From an uncultured Alphaproteobacteria bacterium (GTDB taxonomy: Bacteria; Pseudomonadota; Alphaproteobacteria; RF32; CAG-239), in assembly GCA_910585375.1 (NCBI GenBank), contig CAJUCZ010000002.1, positions 43,285 to 107,284 on the forward strand: a stretch of DNA of 64,000 nt, read 5' to 3'. The position numbers were made by a program, and so were the translations under genes. The notes below the pieces were generated by a model. The model did no database searches. It saw nothing but the letters and a program-made list of their open reading frames with translations, and was not told the origin of the DNA. Below are positions 32,919 through 42,422 of the stretch, in pieces (the first letter of the stretch is position 1; every line of letters begins with the position of its first letter).

Positions 32919-32947
32919 AAACCCCGCTTTTTGGGGTTTTCATTTTG
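32919..32947. terminator. Bidirectional terminator aaaacccc-gcttttt-ggggtttt
   Basis: Perfect 8-bp stem between convergent genes. Confidence 0.7.
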
Positions 32948-32948
32948 C

Positions 32949-34538
32949 CTATCTTCCGCGGGCATCGTACATTGCCAGCCTCAAATTATTATCTTGCTGC
33001 AACGTTGCCACAAACTTCCCTTTAAATTTGCCGGCTCGGTTCATCAGCCCGTTGTAATCATTTGTTTTTTCTCCGCCCCTTTTATGATGCTTATTAATAA
33101 AGTCAATCCGCGCTTTAACCATATGATCATAAAAATACTGCTCGTTTTTCGCTTTGCCGGCAATACCGTTCGCCAGTTCCACAATTTTGTCCGTCCGTCG
33201 CACGTTCTTGCGTCCTCTGGCCTCATAAATTCCGTTGGCAATAATCTGTGACGCCGTCTTTGACGAATGGTTCACGCGAATGTCAAACAGCAATAAGGCA
33301 ATGCTCTCATTTTTAAAATCGCCGATTCTGTAATAATCATAAAAATCTTTTTTATAAATAAGCTCGCATTGCTCTTTATTCAGATTCTTAATATTTCCGG
33401 CAGTCGGGAAATCAAGTTCTTCCGCCAGTTTTTTATTATTCTTCCAAAAATTCTTTAAGGTAATGCTGGTAATTCCCATTTGGGTCGGATAATCCCATGA
33501 CACATTGCGATAACCGCCCTCATGTTTGAATACAACTCCCATAAAACGTTGAAATTTTTCATCATCCAACCCGTATTCCGCACGGATTTTTTGCGGCAGC
33601 TTTCCTTTTTTTACGGCTGTTTTTTCCAATGTTTTCTCTTTAATGCCGACTTTGATCTGCTCCGCTTTTTCACTTACCGCAATTCTTTTCTCCGACACAA
33701 CCTTTTTCTTTGCCTGCACCTTCCTTTGTCCTTCAACCGGCTTAATCACCTCGGGCATAACGGCCGCTTTCATCTCCCTGGCATCAACTTCCGCTTTCGA
33801 AAGCTTTTCAGTCTTGTCTTTTGCCTTTTCCTTTTGCTTTTCCTGCAGCTGCTGATGAGCATACAAGCCGCCGGTCAGGGTTAATGTTGTCAGGGCTGCC
33901 CCGACAACAGCTTTTCTGGAAGCCTGACAAAACCGATCAGCCCCGATTCTGATGCGATGAGCTTTATCAGCTCGCTGTAACAAAATTTTTGCCCCGTTGT
34001 AAGCGGACTTCGCCCCCTTTGCCATAAAAGCGCCAAACGCTGCCGCCTTATCTTTAGCTTTTTCCCAAAGATAACGGTTGTAAACGTCTTCCATATTCTC
34101 AATATTGTCCAAACCGAGTTCGGTCAGCCGCCCCTGCCCGATACCGCATTCGTTAAGCTTTTGCATATAAGCTGCAGCCCGCCGATAATCCCGATACGCC
34201 GACCGCATAATTCCGTCCGCAATATCGCAGTCTTTTTTATCGCTGTCCCGTTCGTCAAACGGCACCACGAAAGTCCCGCCGTTAAACACGATTTTACGCG
34301 GTTGAAGCCCGGCGTCTTTATAACGCGCGATATCCCGATACTGACGGCTGAAATAATCACGGACAAACTTCTTTTTTGCCTCACCTGCTTCTAAAGAACT
34401 TCTGATATAAAAACACGGAATAATAACCGGCCGGTTATCAATTGTCATAACCTGCGGCGTCATATTAAAACCGGCATATTCCCGTTTTAAAAAACGAAAT
34501 ACGGCATCATTCGGAAGGTTATCGGCATTCTTGCTCAT
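32949..34538 (-). CDS. Membrane-anchored protein with C-terminal GH108 lysozyme-like (peptidoglycan-binding) domain and a novel ~220-aa N-terminal domain
   Basis: C-terminal VFKHEGGYRNVSWDYPTQMGIT resembles the GH108 N-terminal signature; one central TM AVVGAALTTLTLTGGLYA; K-rich coiled linker. Start moved to MSKNADN (GGAGA RBS); a TATAAT lies upstream in what the track translated. Confidence 0.5.
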   Translation of the reverse strand: MSKNADNLPNDAVFRFLKREYAGFNMTPQVMTIDNRPVIIPCFYIRSSLEAGEAKKKFVRDYFSRQYRDIARYKDAGLQPRKIVFNGGTFVVPFDERDSDKKDCDIADGIMRSAYRDYRRAAAYMQKLNECGIGQGRLTELGLDNIENMEDVYNRYLWEKAKDKAAAFGAFMAKGAKSAYNGAKILLQRADKAHRIRIGADRFCQASRKAVVGAALTTLTLTGGLYAHQQLQEKQKEKAKDKTEKLSKAEVDAREMKAAVMPEVIKPVEGQRKVQAKKKVVSEKRIAVSEKAEQIKVGIKEKTLEKTAVKKGKLPQKIRAEYGLDDEKFQRFMGVVFKHEGGYRNVSWDYPTQMGITSITLKNFWKNNKKLAEELDFPTAGNIKNLNKEQCELIYKKDFYDYYRIGDFKNESIALLLFDIRVNHSSKTASQIIANGIYEARGRKNVRRTDKIVELANGIAGKAKNEQYFYDHMVKARIDFINKHHKRGGEKTNDYNGLMNRAGKFKGKFVATLQQDNNLRLAMYDARGR

Positions 34539-34633
34539 GGAACTGTCTCCGCTATATACTTTAGCAGTATTATAACAAAGACCGGCCATGGAATCAATAA
34601 AAAAGGGCTGCCGGAAAGACAGCCCCCGTTTTT

Positions 34634-34924
34634 TTACTCTTCAAAACGGTCAAACAACATTTTCAGCTCTTCGATTTTTTCCGTTTTAGCTTGTTCATTG
34701 TCAAAAGACTGGGCAACGCAAGACTGCAAATGGCGTTTAAGAATATTCCCCTCTACTGCCCTGATTGCAGAACGAACAGCTTTAAGCTGAATCAAAATCT
34801 CGGGACAATACCGGTTTTCCGCAATCATCTTTTTCACGCCTTCCAATTGTCCGATCACACGATTCAGGCGCGGAACCTCTGTCTCATGGCATGGCGGATC
34901 CGGCAAATTTTGTTCGTTGCTCAT
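34634..34924 (-). CDS. CsoR/RcnR/FrmR-family metal-sensing transcriptional repressor (Cys-His-Cys type, CsoR-like)
   Basis: 96 aa DUF156 fold with conserved Cys (RYCPEIL) and HLQSC ligands. Confidence 0.75.
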   Translation of the reverse strand: MSNEQNLPDPPCHETEVPRLNRVIGQLEGVKKMIAENRYCPEILIQLKAVRSAIRAVEGNILKRHLQSCVAQSFDNEQAKTEKIEELKMLFDRFEE

Positions 34925-34935
34925 AACCTTGCCCC

Positions 34936-35115
34936 TTATTTGCAGTTACATTTGTCACTGCATTTATGCGTCTCGTTACATTGACAATCGTCTCCGCAGG
35001 TACAATGCTCATTGCATCCGCAATTCTCGCCGCATTGGTGCGTTTCGTCACATTTGCAGTTCTCTCCGCAGGTACAATTCGGATTCTTGCATTTAGGATT
35101 GTTGCAGTTTCTCAT
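34936..35115 (-). CDS. Metallothionein-like Cys-rich small protein (59 aa, 16 Cys), not in ORF track
   Basis: Translates to MRNCNNPKCKNPNCTCGENCKCDETHQCGENCGCNEHCTCGDDCQCNETHKCSDKCNCK; RBS aaggagaaagta before the ATG; 11 nt upstream of the CsoR-like gene on the same strand. Confidence 0.65.
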   Translation of the reverse strand: MRNCNNPKCKNPNCTCGENCKCDETHQCGENCGCNEHCTCGDDCQCNETHKCSDKCNCK

Positions 35116-35130
35116 TACTTTCTCCTTTCA

Positions 35131-35172
35131 ATACCCCCTATGGGTAAATTCAATATACCCTGTTGGGGTATA
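35131..35172. promoter_or_regulatory. Two CsoR-type operator palindromes (ATACCCcctatGGGTA and TATACCCtgttgGGGTATA) upstream of the metallothionein-like gene
   Basis: The second has perfect 7-bp arms, TACCC...GGGTA-type as in known CsoR operators. Located in the divergent intergenic region with the pirin gene. Confidence 0.55.
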
Positions 35173-35258
35173 AAAGTCAATAGCCTTTAAGCACTATAAA
35201 ACTTGAAAGCTCAGACCCCAGACATATATCCGAAAGAAATACAATCAGGAGAAAAAAA

Positions 35259-35966
35259 ATGCATTTTTTAAGACCGGCGGCGGAACGCGGCCAGACCCGG
35301 ACCAAATGGCTGAACAGTTATCATACTTTTTCATTCGGCAACTATTATGACCCGCAATTTATGGGTTTCAGTGATCTCAGAGTCATTAATGACGACATTG
35401 TCGAACCAGCCCGCGGTTTTGACATGCACCCGCACAATAACATGGAAATCATCAGCATTGTTTTGAGCGGAGAACTGGAACATAAAGACAGTATGGGAAA
35501 CGGTTCCGTCATCCGTGCGGGCGAAATACAAAAAATGACGGCCGGCAGCGGCATCCTGCACAGCGAATTCAATCCCTCTGACAAAGAACAGGTACACTTT
35601 CTGCAAATTTGGATCATGCCGGATTTGAGAGACCTGCGCCCCGATTATCTGCAAAAGAAATTTTCGGAAAAAGAACTGAAAAACCGCCTGCACCTGATTG
35701 TCTCGCCTGACGGCGCCGACGATTCAATCCAAATTCATCAAAATGCCGAAATTTATCAAAGCCTGCTCGATGCCGGCCAAACGGTAAAATATAAAATTTC
35801 CGCAAATCGTGCCGTTTGGCTCCAAATCGCCGCAGGTTCCGTCACCTTGAATAATACGCCGCTGGTAGCCGGCGACGGTTATGCCCTATGGAACGAAGAT
35901 ACGGAAATAGAACTCCGCGGCATTGACAACCAAAGCAACATCTTGTTGTTCAACCTGAGCAAATAA
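35259..35966 (+). CDS. Pirin-family protein (cupin, quercetin 2,3-dioxygenase-like)
   Basis: FDMHPHNNMEIISIVLSGELEH metal-binding motif. Confidence 0.85.
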   Translation: MHFLRPAAERGQTRTKWLNSYHTFSFGNYYDPQFMGFSDLRVINDDIVEPARGFDMHPHNNMEIISIVLSGELEHKDSMGNGSVIRAGEIQKMTAGSGILHSEFNPSDKEQVHFLQIWIMPDLRDLRPDYLQKKFSEKELKNRLHLIVSPDGADDSIQIHQNAEIYQSLLDAGQTVKYKISANRAVWLQIAAGSVTLNNTPLVAGDGYALWNEDTEIELRGIDNQSNILLFNLSK

Positions 35967-36071
35967 CCTTTATCAAAGCAGAAAGCTTTAATCTCTGTAC
36001 TAACAGGAAAGTCAGGTTGAAATCTTCTTGTACCGACTTATTTGATAAGCATTACAACAAAGGAGGATAAT

Positions 36072-36332
36072 ATGTACACACCGGCTCAGGGAGACAAAGT
36101 AAAAATCAGGGACTTTTCTAACCGCCCGTTTCAGGAAGATGATGAAAAAAACTTCTTTGTAAAAACCATTGCCGAAGAAAAGCTGATTGATTCCGCAGAA
36201 GGGCTTGACGATGAAGAAGAATTTGAAAAAGACATGCTTAATTACGGCGATTTTGAAGACCTTCCCGACAGCGACCGGGAAACAATCTGCCGCAGTAAAG
36301 GCATAAAAATAGATAATTGCCTGAAATTGTAA
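36072..36332 (+). CDS. Hypothetical acidic small protein (start moved to MYTPAQGD with AGGAGG RBS)
   Basis: ORF followed by a strong terminator at 36353-36388. Confidence 0.4.
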   Translation: MYTPAQGDKVKIRDFSNRPFQEDDEKNFFVKTIAEEKLIDSAEGLDDEEEFEKDMLNYGDFEDLPDSDRETICRSKGIKIDNCLKL

Positions 36333-36487
36333 TCATAAACTCCGTCAAAAAAAAGATTCCGCCAAACATGGCGGAATTTTTTTCATACCGCCTATCATAC
36401 CTTTTTATCCCCCGTCAGCTTCCCGACTTGATAATTTTTCGTCAGGAATTATCTTATATAATATAAAAAAATTTTTCAGAGAAAAAA

Positions 36488-37594
36488 ATGCCGTTAACTT
36501 TCAAAATAACACATCAGACTTTGGAACTTGACCTCGGCGGAAATTTTTCCGGCTACGATAATGAGGTCGAAAAATCAGATTTGTTCAATGCGTTGCCCAA
36601 AAGCAAAAAACTTCTGGTTAACGCCGAAAATTTAAAAAATTGGGATTCGACATTGGTCGTTATTCTTTATAATCTGGCCAAACAGGCCGGACAACGAAAA
36701 ATTCCTTATGACTATTCCTCTCTGCCCGACAATCTGCGCCGGCTGGTTTCTCTGGCCTTGGAGGTTGACCGCCGGCCGCCTGCACCGCCAAATCGGAAAT
36801 CTCCCTGGCTGGAAACTCTAGGCGGCTGGGGAATCAGCGTTTATTCAGGTTTTATCGGCGGTCTGAAATTTCTCGGCCGGACAATGGCTTCAATCGGAAG
36901 ATTCCTGCACGGCAAAGCTGTCATGCGGCCGGTTGACTTTTGGTTTGCAATGGAAGACTGCGGTTATCGGGCCGTTGCCATTGTTTCTTTGGTCAGCTTT
37001 ATGGTCGGGTTAATTTTGGCTTTTGTCGGTGCCATTCAGCTTCAGACTTTCGGCGCCCAGATTTATGTTGCCAGTCTGGTTACCATCGGCATGACCCGTA
37101 TCATGGGAGCCATTATGGCCGGAATTATCATGGCCGGCCGCACCGGAGCGTCTTATGCCGCCGCGATTGGAACCATGCAGGTAAACGAAGAAATTGACGC
37201 CCTCAAAACCATGGGAATACCGGTTACGGATTTTTTGGTGCTGCCGCGGACGCTGAGCCTTATTCTGACAATGCCTGTCCTGACCGTCTTGGCAGATTTT
37301 ATGGGTATCTTCGGCGGAACTTTTGTCGGAACTGTTATGCTTGATATTTCACTGCAGGAATATATTAAATATTCCGTTGATACCTTTAGTATGAAAAACT
37401 TTCTGGTTGGTATCTTCCATGGTTTTCTGTACGGGCTGATCATCTCGCTCTGCGGCTGTTACTACGGCGTCAACAGCGGCCGCAACGCGGACAGTGTCGG
37501 TAAGGCCGCAACCAAAGCCGTTGTTTCCGCCATTGTCTGGATGATTGTCGTAACGGGCATTCTCACTTTTGTATTTAAGGCGATGGGAATATGA
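36488..37594 (+). CDS. MlaE-family ABC transporter permease with an N-terminal STAS-like domain
   Basis: Multi-TM MlaE/YrbE-like core; operon with ATPase, MCE and lipoprotein genes. Confidence 0.75.
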   Translation: MPLTFKITHQTLELDLGGNFSGYDNEVEKSDLFNALPKSKKLLVNAENLKNWDSTLVVILYNLAKQAGQRKIPYDYSSLPDNLRRLVSLALEVDRRPPAPPNRKSPWLETLGGWGISVYSGFIGGLKFLGRTMASIGRFLHGKAVMRPVDFWFAMEDCGYRAVAIVSLVSFMVGLILAFVGAIQLQTFGAQIYVASLVTIGMTRIMGAIMAGIIMAGRTGASYAAAIGTMQVNEEIDALKTMGIPVTDFLVLPRTLSLILTMPVLTVLADFMGIFGGTFVGTVMLDISLQEYIKYSVDTFSMKNFLVGIFHGFLYGLIISLCGCYYGVNSGRNADSVGKAATKAVVSAIVWMIVVTGILTFVFKAMGI

Positions 37595-38355
37595 AAAAAC
37601 AGCAGCCTGAAATAGAAGTCAGCAACCTGACCTTGGGATACGGGGATTTTATCCTGATGAAAGACATCAGTTTTCAGGTTAATAAAGGCGATGTCTTTAT
37701 CATCATGGGCGCCAGCGGCGGCGGCAAAAGCACGCTGCTGAAAGCCCTGACCGGCCTGCTGCAGCCGTTCAGCGGACAAATCTGTATCGGCGGCACCGAT
37801 TTTACGACAGCCACGCCAAGACAAAGAAACGAAATCATGCAACATTGCGGCATACTCTACCAAAGCGGCGCCCTGTTCAGCTCTATGACTCTGGCCGAAA
37901 ACATTGCCCTGCCGCTGCAACGCTATACAAATTACTCCGCCCGCCTGATAAAAGAACTGGTCTCATTAAAGCTGGCGCTTGTCGGGCTGACCGGATTTGA
38001 AGACTTTTATCCGTCCGAAATCAGCGGCGGCATGAACAAACGCGCAGGACTGGCCAGAGCATTGGCACTTGATCCCAAAATCGTTTATTTTGACGAACCT
38101 TCTGCGGGACTGGATCCGATAAGCTCCAAACTGCTGGACGACCTGATTCTGGATATCAATCACAGTCTGGGAACCACCATCGTTGTCGTTACCCACGAAC
38201 TCGATTCAATTTTTACCATCGGCAGCAACTCAATCTTTTTGGACGCCGATACCAAAAGCATTGCCGGTTACGGCAACCCCAAAGAACTGCTAAAAACAAC
38301 CACAAACCCCAAGCTTCGCGAATTTCTGACCCGTGGAGGAGAAAAAAATGCCTAA
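37591..38355 (+). CDS. ABC transporter ATP-binding protein (MlaF-like)
   Basis: Walker A GASGGGKST, LSGGM signature and Walker B. Confidence 0.85.
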   Translation: MKKQQPEIEVSNLTLGYGDFILMKDISFQVNKGDVFIIMGASGGGKSTLLKALTGLLQPFSGQICIGGTDFTTATPRQRNEIMQHCGILYQSGALFSSMTLAENIALPLQRYTNYSARLIKELVSLKLALVGLTGFEDFYPSEISGGMNKRAGLARALALDPKIVYFDEPSAGLDPISSKLLDDLILDINHSLGTTIVVVTHELDSIFTIGSNSIFLDADTKSIAGYGNPKELLKTTTNPKLREFLTRGGEKNA

Positions 38356-39109
38356 ACAACCCAATAAAACCCTGATTGGCCTTTTTATCGCCGCCGGTAT
38401 TGCCATTATCGTCATAACGGCAGGTATATACGTCAAAAATAACTTATTAAGCAACAAAAAAAATACCGTCGTCATGTATTTTGAAGAATCAATCAAAGGT
38501 CTGAATGTCGGTTCTTCCGTTGTCTTCAAAGGAGTGGAAATCGGAAACGTCACCAAAATCGGCATTATCGCCGATCCCGATTCCATGGACTTCAGCATTG
38601 TGGTTTTTGCCGAACTCAACAACCAAAACATCAAAGCAATCGCCGAATACCGCAACAAAAAGAAACTTCTGGAAACGATGATACAAAAAGGCCTCCGCGC
38701 CCGTTTGACAACCAAAAGCTATGTCACCGGACAACTGATGATTGAATTTGCCATTTTGCCCAATTCTCCGGCATATACCCAACCCAACAAACAAGACTAT
38801 TTGGTTGTACCGACAACCTTATCTTCTCTGGCCGAACTATCAAGAGATCTGCAAAGCCTGCCGGTCAAACAAAGCATAGACAATTTCAACAAATTCTTTA
38901 CCGGCCTCAACAATCAAATGCCACAAGTTGAAAGCATTATCGATAAAATAGATACATTAATCGGCAACAATCCGCGTGCCGTCACCGGAACATTGTACAA
39001 CTTCAACCAGACCATGACCGGCATCCGCGATGCCGCCAATGCTTTCCGCAACTTAACCGATTACCTTGAACGTCATCCGGAAGCAATTTTGAAAGGAAAA
39101 GAAAAATGA
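38333..39109 (+). CDS. MCE-domain substrate-binding protein (MlaD-like)
   Basis: N-terminal TM followed by an MCE domain. Confidence 0.75.
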   Translation: MEEKKMPKQPNKTLIGLFIAAGIAIIVITAGIYVKNNLLSNKKNTVVMYFEESIKGLNVGSSVVFKGVEIGNVTKIGIIADPDSMDFSIVVFAELNNQNIKAIAEYRNKKKLLETMIQKGLRARLTTKSYVTGQLMIEFAILPNSPAYTQPNKQDYLVVPTTLSSLAELSRDLQSLPVKQSIDNFNKFFTGLNNQMPQVESIIDKIDTLIGNNPRAVTGTLYNFNQTMTGIRDAANAFRNLTDYLERHPEAILKGKEK

Positions 39110-39675
39110 AAAACGCCATAACCCTGTGCCTGTTCTTTCTTCTTTGCGGCTGCCTGAGCTTCAGTGACAGCCCGCCCTCTCAGTTCTATATGCTTGAAAC
39201 TCTGCCCGCCGAACCAATCAGCAGAAAAATATTGAATATCGGCATTCAGGAAGTCCAAATTCCCGAATATGTCAGCCGTCCGCAAATCGTAACAACCAGA
39301 AACACTGTTGAATACAACATCTCGGAATTCAACCGCTGGAGCTCGCCCCTTTCCGGTATCATCCAACGGACATTGGCTTCGGATATGGCTTACCTGCTGC
39401 CGAAATCTTTTATCAAACCCGCAAGTATCATAAGCGACAACTATACTTACACCATATCGTTGGAAATCAACCGTTTTGACGGCGAGTTTGGCAAAGACGC
39501 CAAACTTGAAGCCTGGTGGTATATATTAAACCGCACCGGCACAATCCTTTACCGCGGTCAAAGCAATTTGTCACAACCTGCCGGTACCGGCTATGAAGAG
39601 TTAGTTTCTGCCCAAAGCCGCCTGCTGGCCGGACTGGCTGAACAAATTGCCGCAAAAATCATAACACTGCAATAA
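39106..39675 (+). CDS. ABC-transport auxiliary lipoprotein (PqiC/YmbA-like)
   Basis: Lipobox LCGC; conserved position after the MCE gene. Confidence 0.6.
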   Translation: MKNAITLCLFFLLCGCLSFSDSPPSQFYMLETLPAEPISRKILNIGIQEVQIPEYVSRPQIVTTRNTVEYNISEFNRWSSPLSGIIQRTLASDMAYLLPKSFIKPASIISDNYTYTISLEINRFDGEFGKDAKLEAWWYILNRTGTILYRGQSNLSQPAGTGYEELVSAQSRLLAGLAEQIAAKIITLQ

Positions 39676-39682
39676 AACCAAA

Positions 39683-39712
39683 GCTCCCTTACCAAAAGGG
39701 AGCTTTCTTTTT
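39683..39712. terminator. Terminator aagctccc-ttaccaaaa-gggagctt plus T-run
   Basis: Stem-loop with T-run after the MCE operon. Confidence 0.65.
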
Positions 39713-39727
39713 TAAGCAAAAAATAAA

Positions 39728-40702
39728 TTACTTTTCTGCAGCTTCATCCTCCAACCTTTGCCGTAAATAAGCCGCAGCCATCAAAACCGCCGCTTTCGAC
39801 GGCGCTGAATCTGCCAGCGCATTCAACATCATAAAATCATGTATTGTTCCGGCAAAGCGTAAAGAAACAACCGCCACACCGGCTTCATTCAATTTACGGG
39901 CAAAAGCCTCGCCTTCATCACGCAAAACATCATTTTCATCCGTTATTACCAACGCCGGCGGCAACCCTTCCAAAGCATGCGGCTCAGCCCGCAACGGACT
40001 GGCCAGAATATCATTGCGGTCCTGCTCATTCGGAGCATATTGCTGCCAAAACCATTCCATAGCCTTTTTTGTTAACCATGGCCCGTTAGCAAATTCCAAA
40101 TATGATTCCGTCTCAAAAGCCGCATCCGTTACCGGATAAAATAATGCCTGCGTCTTAATTTCCGGCTGATTGCCGTTTGCCTTTGCCATTAATGTCATTG
40201 CAATCGCCATATTGCCGCCGACACTGTCACCGGCAACAGCCAGACGGGATGCATTGGCACCATATTTGTCGGCATAAGCCGCAATATATTGCAAAACCGC
40301 AAACAAATCGTCAGTCGTATCCGGAAATTGCGCTTCCGGAGACGGCATATAAACCGGAAAAACCACCACTGCCGGAATTTTTGCCGCCAGTTCCGCCACC
40401 AGACAGGCGTGCGTCTTGTCATCACCCATAACCCAGCCGCCGCCGTGAATATAAAACACCAGCGGCAAAACTTTTCTATTACCTTTCGGAGAAACAATTT
40501 TTACCGGCATTTTGCGGCCGCTGTTGGTTTCTACCTCAATATTTTCAATCTTCACCGCCGGCATGGAAGCTCCGGCTTTTTGAACTTCAGACAAAACGTT
40601 TCTGGCCTCCTGTGGCGTCAGTTCATAAAGCGGCCGGCCTCCGGATTTTTGCAAATCATCAACAAAATCCTGCACCTTGTTCATCAAAAACACTTTTTCC
40701 AT
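39728..40702 (-). CDS. Alpha/beta-hydrolase esterase/lipase (HGGG family)
   Basis: HGGGW oxyanion motif and GDSVGG nucleophile elbow. Confidence 0.75.
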   Translation of the reverse strand: MEKVFLMNKVQDFVDDLQKSGGRPLYELTPQEARNVLSEVQKAGASMPAVKIENIEVETNSGRKMPVKIVSPKGNRKVLPLVFYIHGGGWVMGDDKTHACLVAELAAKIPAVVVFPVYMPSPEAQFPDTTDDLFAVLQYIAAYADKYGANASRLAVAGDSVGGNMAIAMTLMAKANGNQPEIKTQALFYPVTDAAFETESYLEFANGPWLTKKAMEWFWQQYAPNEQDRNDILASPLRAEPHALEGLPPALVITDENDVLRDEGEAFARKLNEAGVAVVSLRFAGTIHDFMMLNALADSAPSKAAVLMAAAYLRQRLEDEAAEK

Positions 40703-40844
40703 ATCATCCTCCTTTCGAAAAAGGTTATACTTGAAGATATAAAGCCAAATTCCACAGATTCAAGCACTTGTTGACTTCCTTTTCGCATTATGATAAGTTC
40801 AACGGGTTAAAATAAGAATATGTCAAATTAAATACTTTTATGTC

Positions 40845-41699
40845 ATGAAAAACTTTATTATTACTCAAAAAGACAGCCTTTATATTTTATGGCTGTGGGA
40901 CAGTATAAAAGAAGATTTTGAAAAACTGGCCGAAGGCCCTTGGGCACAATGCCGCGCCCTTTCAAAAGAAGCACTGATTGGAAATGCTGCCGACGACTTC
41001 CGTTTTTTCGGAATAAGCCGCGATAAGCTGTTCCAATCGCCGGAACATTGCTCGGAAGTTGACAACCGCAACGACTGTTTTCTCTATAAAAAAGAAAAAA
41101 ACTGGTACCTGCGCACAGACAAATTCTCTGACACCGACCGACTTCTGGGAACGGCAGATTACTATGACACTCCGTTTGGAAAAAGATTTTTTTATGTTCA
41201 ATTTCTTCCTAAAAAAGAATATATATTGAGCTTTGTCTGTAAAGGAACATCAGAAGTCTTTCAAAAAAAATACGACAAACCGTATTTTACCGGCAAAGAA
41301 TATGTTGTTGCCGACAGAAACGACGGATATTCCGATATCTACAGCTATGGACTTCCGTCAACAAAAGAACTGATAGAAATACCGTACTGCAACAAAACAA
41401 GAATTTACGGCTACGTAAAAAAAGCGGAGGCCTATAAGCTTTTGGCCGAAGAACAATATATAAGCACGTTCCAAAATGCCTATCTGGTCTTCAAGGAACA
41501 CCAAACAGCCGGATTGTTCGCCATAGATCAGGAAGAAACCAAACTGGTTGCCGAAGGAAAATACAAAACGCACCAATGGAAAAATATTTTTTATTTGAAT
41601 GGCAAAGGCTATCCGTATACTTACAACGTTGTTGAATGGGACAAGGTTTTCTTGACACCGGCCGGCAAAATCAAAAATTTCTTCAAAAAACTGTTCTAA
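40845..41699 (+). CDS. Hypothetical protein (284 aa)
   Basis: ORF with terminator; its last codons FKKLF-stop are duplicated at 42423-42443. Confidence 0.45.
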   Translation: MKNFIITQKDSLYILWLWDSIKEDFEKLAEGPWAQCRALSKEALIGNAADDFRFFGISRDKLFQSPEHCSEVDNRNDCFLYKKEKNWYLRTDKFSDTDRLLGTADYYDTPFGKRFFYVQFLPKKEYILSFVCKGTSEVFQKKYDKPYFTGKEYVVADRNDGYSDIYSYGLPSTKELIEIPYCNKTRIYGYVKKAEAYKLLAEEQYISTFQNAYLVFKEHQTAGLFAIDQEETKLVAEGKYKTHQWKNIFYLNGKGYPYTYNVVEWDKVFLTPAGKIKNFFKKLF

Positions 41700-41783
41700 A
41701 AAAGCAAAAAGCCGGAAAGCCAAAAGCTTCCGGCTCTTTTTGTTACAATTTTAAATAATCCTCAAAAGACACATATTCCCGAC
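41681..41783. repeat. Direct repeat copy 1 (~100 bp: gene-end + bidirectional terminator + remnant 3' end of a 42484..43206-like gene)
   Basis: Matches 42423-42524. The minus strand of copy 1 still reads REYVSFEDYLKL-stop. Confidence 0.65.
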
Positions 41784-41892
41784 ATTCTGCATCAATTTAT
41801 AACATAACTTTTTTGTTTAGACCGGCTGAAACACCGGTTTTTTACGATTATCTTTCAGCTGTTCAATCATTTTTAACAAAAGGAGAAAAAAC

Positions 41893-42378
41893 ATGGCTTC
41901 TAAAAACAATCAACTTAACATATTCTTGTCCAATCTTGCTGTTATGAATATCAAAATTCACAATTTGCATTGGAACATTATCGGTGCCGAGTTCCCTGTT
42001 ATCCACAAAATGACCGAAAAACTTTATAAAATGATCCAACTGCAGTTTGACGAAGTTGCCGAAGCAATGAAAATGCAAAACGAAATGCCATTTGCTTCTA
42101 TGGCAGACTATCTGAAAAATGCTACCATCGACGAAATTGAAAGCAGAGATTTTAACGCTTATGAAGTTTTGGAAGAGCTTGATGCCGACTGCCAGACTAT
42201 TATGGATTTGGCCAAAGACATCCGTGACGAAGCTGACAAAAAGGACAACTTCCTTATCGCAAACCTTTTCGAAGATTATCTGGCTGTTTATGCCAAAAAA
42301 TCCTGGATGATTCGCACCATGCTCAAAGAAGATGCTATTCCGCTGGAAGAAGATGAAGAATCAGAAGACGACGAATAA
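41893..42378 (+). CDS. dps: DNA-binding ferritin-like protein Dps
   Basis: Dps/ferritin-like four-helix pattern NLHWNIIGAEFPVIHKMTEKLY; acidic C-terminal tail. Confidence 0.75.
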   Translation: MASKNNQLNIFLSNLAVMNIKIHNLHWNIIGAEFPVIHKMTEKLYKMIQLQFDEVAEAMKMQNEMPFASMADYLKNATIDEIESRDFNAYEVLEELDADCQTIMDLAKDIRDEADKKDNFLIANLFEDYLAVYAKKSWMIRTMLKEDAIPLEEDEESEDDE

Positions 42379-42422
42379 TCAGTCTGCCGACAAAACCGGC
42401 CGCCTTCACAGACGGCCTTTCC

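Noticed and set aside
34966-35190. Track ORF of 74 aa on the + strand
   Set aside because: It is the antisense of the Cys-rich metallothionein-like gene, which has a strong RBS, a coherent CxC repeat structure and operon context.
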